From positions 310,001 through 374,000 of the forward strand of contig NW_026250422.1 of NCBI RefSeq assembly GCF_024521635.1: a stretch of 64,000 nucleotides of DNA, written 5' to 3'. Position 1 is the stretch's first letter. Each line of letters begins with the position of its first letter. The position numbers were made by a program, and so were the translations under genes. Under the pieces are notes generated by a model. It saw only the letters and a program-made list of their open reading frames with translations. It was not told the DNA's origin and did no database searches. This document shows positions 1-15,649 of this stretch, piece by piece. The DNA is from Tricharina praecox. Its lineage: Eukaryota.

Positions 1-3000
1 TGATGGCGTCCATCGCAGTCTTGGACTCAGCCTTCTGCTTGGTCTTGAGCTCATCCATCATCTTCTTGTGGATGGCCGAGAACTTGTCCTTCAGTTGCGA
101 CTTGGTGACGGTAGAAATCGACAGGTTGCTGAGGTCCACATTGGTCTTCTTGATCTCGGCTTCCTTAGCGGCACCAGACTCCATCTTCTCAAGGCGATCA
201 AGCCTCTTAGAAAAGTTGGCGGCGACCTCCTGCACGGCGTAGGCATCCTCTCCGGTAACCGCAACGATACGGCGGATACCCTTGGCGATACCGGACTCCT
301 CAAGAATGATCAACTCCTTGATGTCGCTGGTTTTTGCCACGTGGGTTCCACCACAGAACTCGATGCTGACTTTGCTCCACTTAGGATTCTTGACATCCCG
401 AAGCAGGTCCTCGATGGGCACACCAACCGAAACCACACGGACTGGGTCAGGATACGTTTCACCGAAGACAGCACGGACACCTTCGATTTGCCGGGCAGTG
501 GCGAGTGCGACATCGCTTGCATAAACCTCGAGGTTTTGCCGGATGTACTCGGTAGAGATCTTCTCGATCTCGGCCAATTGCTGTGTTGTAACCTGCGCCT
601 TGTGTGAAAAGTCGAACCGCAACTTCTCCGCAGCGACCAGAGATCCCTTTTGGTCGATTTCATTGCCGAGCACCTCCTTGAGTGCGTAGTTAAGGATGTG
701 TGTTCCGGTGTGGTTATTGCGGATAGGCCATCTTCGTAGCTGAATAGGTCAGCTGAAAGTCATTGATAGATCGTGGAACTTGGCTTACCTCGTCGTATTC
801 GCTGATAACCTTGTCAGAGACTGACAACGATCCGTAGTTCATGAAACCCGTATGAAGGACATAACCTCCGTAAACCTGCACGTTGGTAACATCGAACTCA
901 GACTTTCCATCAATGACGATCTTTCCTGTGTCGTACTCCTGGCCTCCCTGCTCGGCATAGAAGTTGGTTTTATCCATCAGAATTCCTAACTGAGCGTCCG
1001 CGGGGAGACCTTCGGTAGTGTCGACGAAGACCTTATTGTGGTAGATAGCCACTATTTTACTGCTAATCACACCTCGTCCTGCGATACAGTTAGCAGCAGC
1101 CCCGGGAATCGATACTTGGGGACATACCATATTTGTAGCGGTCGTCCGTTTGGGGAACGTTAGTCATGCCCTCCAGCTTTCCAAGATCGTGAACGTCCAG
1201 CTTGACGAGTTCCACGCCACCAGAAGTCTTCTTGGCTTTGCTAGCTTCTTTGGCATCCGCCTGAGCCTTTGCGAATTCATCCTCGCTGATATCGAGTCCA
1301 GCTTCCTCGGCCATAATCCTAGTCAGATCAACGGGAAAGCCGTAGGTGTCGTACAATCGCCAAACGTCGGCTCCGTTCAATGTTGAAGATCCCTTCTTCT
1401 TCGTCTTCTCGGCATACTCCTGGAAGATCTTCTCGCCACGGTCAAGAGTGCGCGAGAACGACTCCTCTTCCTCGCTCAGAATCTCTTGAATGTCCTTTTC
1501 CCTCCTTGCAAGCTCGGGGAACATGCCACCCTACAAAGATGTTAACTGTCGATCTCAGGGTAGAGCATTTAGCAATCAGAGTACATACCAGTTGCTGGGT
1601 CAGAGTTGGGACCAGTTGGGCGAAGAAGCTACCGATCTCGACATTGAAGTAACGACGAGCATAACGGGCACCACGACGGAGAATTCGTCGGATGACGTAT
1701 CCTCTACCGTCGTTGTTAGGAGCACAGCCGTCTGCAATCGCAAAACTCAAAGTTCTGATATGGTCGGCGACGACACGGTAGGCGGTGTCGACACCATCAT
1801 TATCCTCGTCCCCGAACTTTCCCTCGTAGGGCCGTGCTCCGGTGATTTCACGTATCTTAGCAAAAAGCGGCGTGAAAACATCCGTGTCGTAGTTGGAGCG
1901 CTTGTCCTGAAGGACAGACACCAGGCGCTCAAAGCCCATTCCCGTGTCGACATGCTTGTTGGGCAGCGAGCGGAGTGAGCGGTCAGCCTCCCTGTTGTAT
2001 TGGATGAAGACGTTGTTCCAGATCTCAAGAACATCTGGGTCATCCTGGTTGACAAGGTGCGCCGCGTTTCGTCCTCCGATACGGTCGTAGTGAATCTCGC
2101 TGCAGGGACCACATGGACCCTGATCACCCATCTCCCAGAAGTTGTCTTTCATGTTTCCCGGCAAGATGTGGTCATCCGCAACTCCCATCGACTTCCACAG
2201 TTCCTTGGACTCGTCGTCGGGTTCGAGACCACCTTCCTTGGAGCCCTCAAAGTAGCTCACATAGAGCCGGTCCGGGTCAATTCCGTAAACCTTGGTCAAG
2301 AGTTCCCAGGAGTACTGGATGGCCTCCTTCTTGAAGTAGTCGCCAAAACTCCAGTTACCCAGCATCTCAAAGAAAGTCTGAAACAATCAGCGGTCAGTCC
2401 GGATAGCTGTAGCTAAAATCGGGACACACGAACGTGGTGGTAGGAGTCCTTTCCAACATCGTCCAAGTCGTTGTGCTTGCCACCTTTGAAAACTCGTCAG
2501 ATGTGGTCATTTTTGGTCGGGAATGCTATTGTCGACAAACCTGCTCTGATACACTGTTGACAACATCAGTAAATGAGCCAAATGAACGGTAAATCATCGC
2601 CACTGCGACAGAAGGAGAACCTACCTTCTGAGTGTTGGTCGCGCGCTTCAGGGTAGCGAAATCCGAGGAGGGTTCGACTGTTCCAAGGAAGATCGCCTTG
2701 TACTGGTTCATTCCCGCGTTCGTGAAAAGGAGGGTCGGGTCCGAATGAGGAACCACCGGCGAGGAGGGCACTGATGAGATTGACTCAGCATTCATTGCAA
2801 GACGACAGCCACACGCGACAAGGCAAGACAAGACGCAACGAACCAAAAGTGTGGCCATTTTTCTTGAAGTACCCAATGAAGGTGTCTCTGACACGCTCAG
2901 CACTCCACTCTTCGGCCATGGCGACTTGGTTTGAGGCTTGAGTAGCGGACGTGAAGGAGAATGTGCGGCGCGAGGAGCCGATGACGGTCGTGTGCAAGAG

Positions 3001-3318
3001 GGGGCGTTGGTGGGGTTGATGTGTAGCGGGGTGTAACGTGATGTGAGTTGGGTTGAGGTTTTGGAGCTGCGGTTGCAAGCGCAATGCAGTCAGGTGGCGG
3101 TGGTTGTGAGAGAATGAGGAGAAAGAGGAGGAGGAGGAGGACGATGGAGAAACGGGGGAGAGAAACTTATGAGTCGAAGATAAGGTGGAGGAGGAGGAAC
3201 GGGAGAAGCTTGTGGCCCTGGAGGGTATCAAATACAAGCACTGAGGATCCGGACGATGGAGCAGCAGTCCCCGGCCAAAACGGAGTCCCCCTCTTGCACG
3301 ACGCAGAGCACAATTCAT
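1..3318 (-). CDS. ALA1: Alanyl-tRNA synthetase (cytosolic/mitochondrial dual form), 3' end beyond the left edge. Exons: 3318 (or 2919)-2844, 2770-2625, 2553-2541, 2483-2434, 2377-1589, 1530-1128, 1078-789, 739-<1
   Basis: Spliced translation gives AlaRS motifs: [98 protein letters not shown] and NHTGTH. All junctions are GT-AG and keep frame. Confidence 0.97.
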
Positions 3319-5548
3319 GAACGAAAAGTTGTTCTACTAATCAAACGGATGACTGAATTTACTGTAGGCATTCGTCCGTCGGCCGATGTGAAAAGAAAAA
3401 CTTCGAATTGACAAAAAGCGGTCGCTAGAGTGGGAGGCAACACGCAAAAAAGTTCACGACTCCTAGACCTCCGCATGCCCCACATGTGATCCACAATGCT
3501 TGGCGCTGCGACTCAAAGATTCGGCATCGGCTTGAATACCCATAGAGACAGCCAGCAGATGAAGCAATCAGGCAAATTCCACTCGAATAAAAGAGGCATA
3601 CCGAGGGCGGCGGTCCATAGATTCAGGCGTAGCGAATAGGTACTCCAGCTAAATAGGTGCTCGAAATAAGAAACAGGGCGAGCGCACCAACATTTTTTTC
3701 GCCCCCGCACGACTGTTCCGCTATTCTGCCGTAAATCGGCCTACTGAATTAGAGCTCACTCGAGCCGCCTACGCCATCCCTGAAAGACGCGCCATACGCG
3801 AGATTCGCGGCAATTGAAGCTGCCAACTCTGCTGAAAATGGCAAAGGTCAGAGCACGGCCCAAGACTTCAACAGGCGGATATGTACCCTCAACTGTGGAT
3901 TCGTAGGGCTTAACTGACCTTGCCAGGCGTTCCACTCTCCTCGAGATCGCTTTAGTAGAAGCTAGTTCCTTCGCCAGCGTAAGTCATGGTCCGTCCGGCC
4001 CGTCTTTTTGCCTCGGACCAGACAGGACTCAAAGTGCCGTTCATCCAAAAGGATAACTATGGCAAATCCGACCCTTCGGTCAACAGAGCCGACGGACTGC
4101 AGTCTATCATTGATAATCGCCTCTGATGGTGAAATGGATACCAACTTCCAAGTGCCTAGCAGGTACTCGAACCTAAATATGGAAATCTGGGAAAACTTGA
4201 CTGGCTAGTCTGGGAATGTTGCTGGACCAAACCAGACTAAGGAAACCTATTCGGCTATCAACTACTACTATTGCCATTAGTTAATTCAACAGTACCTAGC
4301 ACCGTGTCGCCGCGGTTGCGCTTAATCGCGGGCAACTTACTAACAGACGCAGAAACGCACCACATGTCGAAACAGATCGGGGTTCGCAATAATCCGCTCA
4401 TACTTCCATGGCTAGCACGCCGGCCCATCTCGGTAGCAGCTCCAGGATGAACAGGACATTCGGGGTATGACGGCGAAGGAAATGAGCCTAATGTTGGGCG
4501 CCCATATTCGACCACCATTGGCATGTCTCCTGAGGGGTAGGAAATCGGCCAATTGGTCATCGGAGCGGTATTATGCAGCTATTTCCGGTGATATTTGAGC
4601 TGACAGTCCCCCAGGACCATCTATGAATAGTAACTACAATCTCGTGCCGTGCAGGACCTTCATATGGTTGGAGAGTACCTACTTGGCTAATGTCGCCGGC
4701 GCGTTACACAAGCATCATCGACTATCATTCGGCGTTTCAGTCAACCTCGTCCGAGGCGTGGGATGACGGGACCCAGCTGTGATCTAATAAGATCGAATGC
4801 AATGGTGATCAAAAAAAAAACAGATGGGGCCCAGCTCGGGATATAGAGCCTTATCGAACTAAAACTCTACCACTAACTACATGCCTGGGTAGAGGGCGGG
4901 GAAGTGGGGGACTGCAGACAGGATCAGGAAGTGTGTGTACTCTACCTATATCGCTACAGTCTGAATAGGCTTCATGCGATCGATGAAGAAACAAAACAAA
5001 ACAGACAGACAAACAGACAGACAAAGTCATAGAAAGACGGTCCCGCCTAAGCAAGTCATTGACGCCTGATAAATGTACCTAGTTCATTATCGCCATCAAC
5101 TAGGAGACCTGAACGGACATTTGAATCAGGTACTCTCCCATTACATTGGCTCACGAGTTGTAAGTACGAACCTACTGCAGACGATGACACACACCTCTCT
5201 CGGTCGAGACCCACGCAGCTTGCAAACTGAGTTTACGTGTGAGAATTAGCACCTGGAAAGTCCGCTTGAGCTCGTGTTCCAGTAAGCTCCTAAGCCCTCC
5301 GTACGACACTCAACACGATCACTATAGAAGTAAGTTGCATCAGAAGCATAGTAAGAAAATATTAACGGTAGACGAAGAGAACTGTTTGTATGACAAATAA
5401 GTATCTGCTGCTGGACAAAACAAATGGAGTCGTTACGCGTACTTGGCTGGCGCTTTACGGCAAAGGAAGAAGCGATAAAAAACTACCCAAAGAAAGATAA
5501 AATGAGAAAGAATGACCAAAGCAAGAAAAGAAGAAACGACTTGGCTTT

Positions 5549-6703
5549 TCACCAATCCTCCGAGTCGTCCCATGGATAATCTATATCGTGACGAAACTTG
5601 GCACAAGATAATTCCTCCTTAGATGAGTAGCTGCTCACCATAACACCAATATTATTCTCCATGATAGAAATGAGGTCTTTTTCCAACTCATGACCCGTCG
5701 TAAGGTGGGGGTTGATGAGGTCGTAGATGGCTCGGTATGCCGTCCCTTCATTCCTGGGTGTTGAACTCTCCCAAATGTTTACAACACTATTCGACATTAC
5801 ATAACCAGCCGATGTGCCAAACCCATTCGAAATACTGGACCGCGCCGCAAACTTTGTCACTGCCCTGTCAATCCTGGCTCGCAGCTGCATTATTCGAAAC
5901 GCCTCGCGCATCGCGTAATCCCGGAGTTTCACCGGCCCCTCGAGCCACGGCCACCCCATTCTTTGCAGCTTCTCATCAAATTGTTCATCGTATGTGTAAA
6001 TAATGTCGTTAACGAGCCGAACAAATGGTGCACTGATCAGAAGCTTCGAGCGAATCTTCAGGGCGACACACATCAATGACGGTGCATCGATTTGAAATGC
6101 TTCGACGTTCAGCGAGACGAGGATCGTCAGTTGTTCGATCGCAACGGAAACAGCTGGGAGGGCGCAATAGAGATCGGCAAGTTGGACTAGGTCTTCGAGT
6201 TCTCTGAATTCGTGGAACTGCCTGAAATCGCAGCGCTTGCGGCAGAGGAGGCGAAGAAACCGTTGGTATGCCTGCGTTACCGCCGAGAGCATCTTGTTAG
6301 AGTCTTCTAGCTCGGGTTCTGTCTCTGGCTCTGAATGGTCCTCGCTGCGCATAGCAGCTTCCGGCCCAATCGTACTCGAAGTGGCCGTAGCGGGCACCGG
6401 CCGCAAAACCGCGGACAACAGATTTGCTCCGATGTCTTTCGAATCAAGGTTGTAGCGGTATTTGATGCCATCGGGACCGCTGTGCGTGTTCTCTGGTTTC
6501 CACCAAGTCACCGAGAGGCTCGTCTCGAAGAAGCGAGAACATTCCCTAAGTGTGGTCGAATGAAGCAGGTAAACGTCATCGACGACCGTGATCTCCATAT
6601 CGGGGGGCAGCACGGTGAGTCGGATGGACGGCTTCTTCAGTTCGGGGGAGCTACGCTTGAAATATTGCACGAAATACACCGGTGACTTGGGTTCCGACGA
6701 CAT
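5549..6703 (-). CDS. Hypothetical protein with a divergent BTB/POZ-like N-terminal domain, single exon
   Basis: Open 384-codon frame from ATG 6703 (MSSEPKSP) to TGA 5549. The segments PPDMEITVVDDVYLLHSTTLRECSRFFETSLS and LEDLVQLADLYCALPAV resemble fungal BTB-domain proteins. Confidence 0.7.
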   Translation of the reverse strand: MSSEPKSPVYFVQYFKRSSPELKKPSIRLTVLPPDMEITVVDDVYLLHSTTLRECSRFFETSLSVTWWKPENTHSGPDGIKYRYNLDSKDIGANLLSAVLRPVPATATSSTIGPEAAMRSEDHSEPETEPELEDSNKMLSAVTQAYQRFLRLLCRKRCDFRQFHEFRELEDLVQLADLYCALPAVSVAIEQLTILVSLNVEAFQIDAPSLMCVALKIRSKLLISAPFVRLVNDIIYTYDEQFDEKLQRMGWPWLEGPVKLRDYAMREAFRIMQLRARIDRAVTKFAARSSISNGFGTSAGYVMSNSVVNIWESSTPRNEGTAYRAIYDLINPHLTTGHELEKDLISIMENNIGVMVSSYSSKEELSCAKFRHDIDYPWDDSEDW

Positions 6704-7863
6704 CTTGACTGGTATGTGATGGCGACTTGATGCGTGATGTGTGACGTGTGTCAATTGAAAAGTTTTGGTGGGTGGAGGAGAGGAGGAAAGGTGCGGAGTA
6801 TAAAAAAGGAGGGGTTATTGGCACGAGTATGAGGTACGTACCTCTTACTTATGCAAGTACTTGTCTACATACCTAATGTTCTTTGATACTTCACTGGCAG
6901 GTAAACCCAGCGGCTGCCAAAATCGTCGCCTCTTAACTCGGCCGTCGGGTTGATCGGGGCCATAACTACTAAAGGCTTGCGGGCAATAACCACTATCGTC
7001 TTCCCCTTGCGTATACTGCTTTATATCAGGACTTCGGATGGTCGCCATCAATGTGGAGAAGGTAGAGCTATGAAACGATAACGGGTCCGTAAATGCAAAT
7101 ACAGATGGGTCTGGATTATACTCGAGCACCCTGTTCTAAATTTCCACCCAGAAAAATGCCTTCCTCCTGCCCCGTTCTGTCACGATGATGAAGAAGAGTG
7201 GATGTGGTGCTTGTTGTCGTTGCTATCATACCTACTAGGTACATCTTGGTAGTCTGTTTCTTTTCCCGCAAGGAAGGGCTGGTACACTCACCCAAGGTCT
7301 ACCAAGCCCACCAACCACCACCACTAAGCGCTGCTACTCACCACCACCTCTCCTCCCAGCGAAAGACAACTCACCCAGCTCCCAGCACGCAAGAAATCAA
7401 ACACTCAGCAAGGAGGCGAGATCGCAGTTGAATCACCACCTTCACAACGTCGTCGGCCACCCCCGTGAAGACGCTACAGCCGCTACAGTATCATTCCTTA
7501 TTAGCTCTCGGGCACGCAGCGATTGAAGGGCGCAACTACCACCCCCTCCAACCCCAACCCCAACCATCCCACTGCAACCCATCACCCAACCCACCCCTCT
7601 TACTCTGACTACGAGAACCGCTTTCTCCCGCACCTCATTCCATTTCTTACCCAGGCGCATCGACCCCTCGTTGTCGTCACTCGCTCTCATTCTGCTTGCG
7701 CTTCGTTTAAAACAGTCCGCTTCGGCACTATCACTCCCCGCGACGACAACGACCACGACGACACGGCCCGCTTCGATAAACTGTCCACTAGCTCAGCCAA
7801 ACCCCCTCCGAAAAAGATCACCCGCAATCGATAGCTCTCGCCTGCTCGCCGTTCATAGACGAA

Positions 7864-11030
<3,167 letters not shown>

Positions 11031-12140
11031 TCAGGTGCATAATATTCCGACGGTAGTGAGATTTGTTACGATATTTGGTACTTTGTGCGGGGAAGTGACA
11101 TCGGCTGGTTCGACCGTGATGAATTCGGCTGATTACTTGGTCCGGGAGCGTTTCTCCGAAGATGATGAGGCTTTGGACAAGATCGGTCCAGTACGACACA
11201 GATACCGGCAGCCCGGAGGCCTTACAGTGGAACGATATGATGATTGGGGGTAGTTCAGTGGGGTGGTCGGGTGGTGGGTGAGGGAAGTAAACACTGTCGA
11301 GGTGCTGTCCCAGAGGCATCTCATCTCCTTTATCTATCTTCACTGTCCGTGTTTTGATGTTTTACTTTTTGCCTTTGCCGTATATCTGATTCGAGTCTGT
11401 CTTTCTCTTTTTCCCTTCCTCTTTGTTTGTCCTCACAAATGCTGGGTCTCGTTTTTTTTATGGCACGGTTTACTTGTTTATCTTGATGTGAGCGGGAGGG
11501 GGGTGGTTTGTGGTATGAGTGGTGACCATGATCCAAAAAAAAGGTTTGGGCAGAATTTATTGATGGGAGCAAAGTGTTTTGCGTCGTCGAGACCTATACA
11601 ACCCGGTGTTTACAGTTTGGTGGGTGGGTGGGTGGGATGCTTCTTACTTTCTAAAGTTTTTTATTTTCTATCATAGCAGAAATGTTTCATGAGGCCATGG
11701 TGGCAATTCAATTGCTACTGCCGCCGCTGGTGGCGTGTGTATGTATTAAAGAACCATAGTATTTGCACAGCTGTCTGAGCTGAGATTCGTCATAGAAAGT
11801 GCTGTACTCAACTACCTCTACCAGTACATAGAGCCAGAGTGCGGGGTGGTCCGTGACAAGCGATCAACCCGAAAAAGTTACTCTAGCGCTTACCCTGCTG
11901 TCCGTCTTGTTAGGGCTCACCCTCTTTCACACAAAATTCGCAACTTTGTGAGGGACGCTATTCGCCGCCTGGACATCAACGAAAGAGTGCAGCGAAAAGA
12001 GAAGGCAACCGATCAACCCGCAGAACCCGCCCAGCCCGCATTCGAGGCCCCACTCAAACCCGCACTATCCCCCACCACAACCACCACTACCACCTTACCC
12101 CGCGACCTACGACAAAAATCGACACCGCTCACCACCCATC

Positions 12141-14959
12141 ATGTCTCGGTTTTTCCACGGCGGTCTGAGCGATAGCGAGTCGTCCTCGTCCGATGAGGAG
12201 GAACTCTACTCCGAAGCTGAGGAGTCGGAATCTGAGGAGAGCTCCAGCGAGGAGGAGGGGTCCGCTGAGGAGGAGGAAGCCGAGGATGAGGACAGTGATG
12301 AGGAGGGAGGATCGCGGTTCTTGAGGGGTGCCGAGAGCGATGATAGTGATGACGAGGAGGGGAAACGTACCGTCAAGAGTGCGAAGGATAAGCGACAGGA
12401 TGAGATCGAGGGCATGATCAAGGCTATCGAGAATGCCCAGAAGATCAATGATTGGGTTACCATCTCCGCTGGTGGGTTTTTCTTTTTAATTCTTTCCTTC
12501 GTTGGTGGGGCTGTACTGGTGGAGCAGGGGTGGGGCGGGGCAAGCTTGGATGCTTATGGATGAGATATTGTGATGCTAATGGAGGATTGCAGAGTTCGAC
12601 AAGCTCAATCGAGTCGTTCAGAAGGGCACCCAGAGCGCCACGATGCCGAAGATCTACATCAAGTCCATCGCCGAGCTCGAGGATTTCATGAACGACACCG
12701 TCAAGGACAAGGTTGCCACTAAGAAGATGAATGCCGCGAACGCCCGTGCGCTCAACGCCATCAAGCAGAAGGTCAAGCGCAACAACCGGACATACGAGAC
12801 GGAAATCGAGGCCTACCGTAAGGACAAGGATGCCTTTATGGTAGAGGAGGAGGCGACGGAGACCGTGAAGCCCAAAAGGTTGAAGTCTGTCGCAAGGAGT
12901 GTGGCGCCTGAAGATGAGGACAACGACGATGGCTTCGCTACTGTCGGCCGCGGCGGAAAGACCCTTACCTTCACACCTGAGAGCATCTTCAAACACTTGA
13001 AGGTGATCATCGAGAGTCGTGGTAAGAAGAACACCGACAGGAATGAGCAGATCAAGATCATGGAGAAGTTGTTGGAGGTCGCCCAGTCGTCATACCAAAA
13101 GATCAAGGTCCTTCTGGCATTGATCTCCACTCGATTTGACCTTACAACCGGAGCTCAGTCATACATGTCGAACGAACAGTGGAAAGCGTTGGTCTCGCCA
13201 TCCCTTTATTACGGCGCTTCCGGTACAAGAAGGCTGACATGGTGCAAATAGTGCGGAGAAGGAGTTCAACGTTTTAGTTGATGTTCTCGAGGCCAGCCCT
13301 CAGTTTGTCGTCGTGGAGACCGCGGAGGAATGGGATGATGAGGAGAAGCCACCGCAGCCTGAGGAGGGAGAGATTTTCAAAATCCCCGGTAGTGTCGTGT
13401 CGATTGTCGACAGACTCGACGACGAGCTCACCCGCTCGCTGCAACACATCGACCCCCACACCACCGAGTACATCGAGCGCCTCAGCGACGAGGGCACTCT
13501 CTACACCTCGATTCTACGAAGTCAGCTGTACTTGGAGAGACTACACCGCGAGCAAGGAGTCTCGAGCGAGGAAGCCTTGAACCGCGTCATCATGCGGAGA
13601 TTGGACCATGTTTACTTCAAGGTACGGTCTCATCCCATCAATCGTTTATACGGTTCGTGTTTCTAACCTGTCCTTATCTAGCCCGAGCAAGTCATCAAGA
13701 CTGGCGAGGAGAATGCGTGGAAAGCCATTGACACCAAGTTCGACTCTGTCATCTCCCCACGATCCAAGGCCACCGGATCTGCGAGCGACCTCCTCCACGT
13801 TCTGTGCACCTACCTCTACCAGCACGATGCCACAGTCCTGCGCACTCGTGCGATGCTGTGCCATATCTACCACTACGCCCTCCACAACCAGTTCTTCAAG
13901 GCCCGTGACATGCTGCTCATGTCGCATCTTCAGGAGAACATCCACTCTGCGGACGTCAGCACGCAGATCATGTACAACCGCACTCTTGTCCAGGTCGGTC
14001 TCTGCGCCTTCCGTGCGGGTTTGATCTACGAGGCCCAGACGGCAATGCAGGAGATCTGTGGAACCGGAAGGCTGAAGGAGCTCCTCGCCCAAGGTGTCCA
14101 AATCCAGAGATACATGCAGGTCACTCCTGAGCAGGAGCGTCTCGAGCGTCAGCGCCAGCTGCCGTTCCACCAGCACATCAACCTGGAGCTTTTGGAGTGT
14201 GCCTACCTCACCTGTTCCATGTTGCTCGAAATCCCCGCGCTTGCCGCTTCTGGTTCAAGCCCCGATGTCAAGAAGCGTGTCATTAGCAAGACGTTCCGCC
14301 GAATGCTCGAATACCACGAGCGACAGATCTTCACTGGTCCTCCGGAGAACACTAGGGATCACGTAATGCAAGCAGCTAAAGCCCTTGCGGCCGGCGAGTG
14401 GAAGAAGTCGAGCGAGCTGATCCACGCCATCAAGATCTGGGACCTCCTGCCAGAACCTCAAAAGATCAAGGACATGCTGAGCGAGAAGGTCCAGGAGGAA
14501 GGTCTACGGACTTACCTCTTCACCTACGCGCCCTTCTACGACACACTTTCCCTCGATAGGCTGACCGAGATGTTCGACCTGTCTACCCGCAAAGTTTCCG
14601 CACTCGTCTCAAAGATGATCGCGCATGAGGAAATCGCCGCGGCTCTGGACCAGGTCAACAACGCCATCATCTTCCGCAAGGGTGTCGAGCTCTCACGACT
14701 TCAGACTCTGGCGCTCACGCTCGCTGACAAGGCCAGCGGCTTGACGGAGATGAACGAGCGTTTCCTCGAGCAGAAGACGCAAGGACAAGGAGGCTTCCAG
14801 GAGGGCGGTGCACCACGAGGAGGTGGACGCGGAGGACGCGGAGGTCGTGGCGGCAGAAGGGGTCGTGGTGGACGGGGAGACAGCGGCGAACAGCGACCGC
14901 AGAGAAGTGTTCAGTTTCAACAACAGTCTGGCTTCCACGGGGGAGCGATGAAGACGTAG
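12141..14959 (+). CDS. NIP1: Translation initiation factor 3 subunit C. Exons: 12141-12471, 12593-13187, 13252-13621, 13682-14959
   Basis: MSRFF start followed by an acidic S/E/D tract, [62 protein letters not shown], a PCI region and an RGG tail. Confidence 0.97.
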
Positions 14960-15649
14960 TTTTTTTAGGGGAATTATATAAATGGGATCATCAAAAGTGG
15001 TTCTTGCGGTTCTTTTCCTCTTCCAGTTCTCTTTTTCTCCTGTTCTTTTCTTCTTTTTTCTTCCGGGGCTTTCTCATAAACTTGTTTTTTTCGTTCACTT
15101 TTTTTTTACGGTCGGACACACGGGTTTTATCATGTCTTCTCACGCTGGCACAATGTGCTTAAGCTTATTTGTGCAATGGTACAAGCATAAATGGAAAAAG
15201 TGGATTGTTCGGAGTAAATTGCGAGGGTTTTTTCCTCAAAGTGACAGTGAGGAAGGGAGAAGATGGTGAATGATGCTCGGTGATGGACGACATCCCCACT
15301 GGCGACTGGGAGCTCATGCAGGGATTTCTACCGGAAGGCCAAAGGCAAACTTTTAATCCCTTGAAGATCTTGGGCGTTCGACCGAGTGATCACTAGATCA
15401 CTTCACAAGTACATATTCGGGTGGCAAGACCTAAAAGATGCTACATTACTCATCCAACCGAACCTCCCGCCCTACCGTAGCCCGGCTCATCACAACGCCT
15501 GATACCCGGAGACCAGTTTATTATCCATGAACGAACTGTGGACTTGCTGCAACTTTCCCATCCCCCATCCCTCACCGTGGCAAAGTGCTGTGATGGGATC
15601 ACCGCTGCTACATACCGAGGACTAGGACCAGGACCTGGACCAGGCCAAC

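Noticed and set aside
3700..4800. Possible spliced gene upstream of ALA1 (acceptor-like AACTGACCTTGCCAG at about 3912-3926)
   Set aside because: I could not assemble a consistent open frame or a recognisable product.
4826..4870. GGGGCCCAGCTCGGGATATAGAGC resembling a tRNA 5' end
   Set aside because: No T-arm (GTTCRA) or acceptor-stem partner at a suitable distance.
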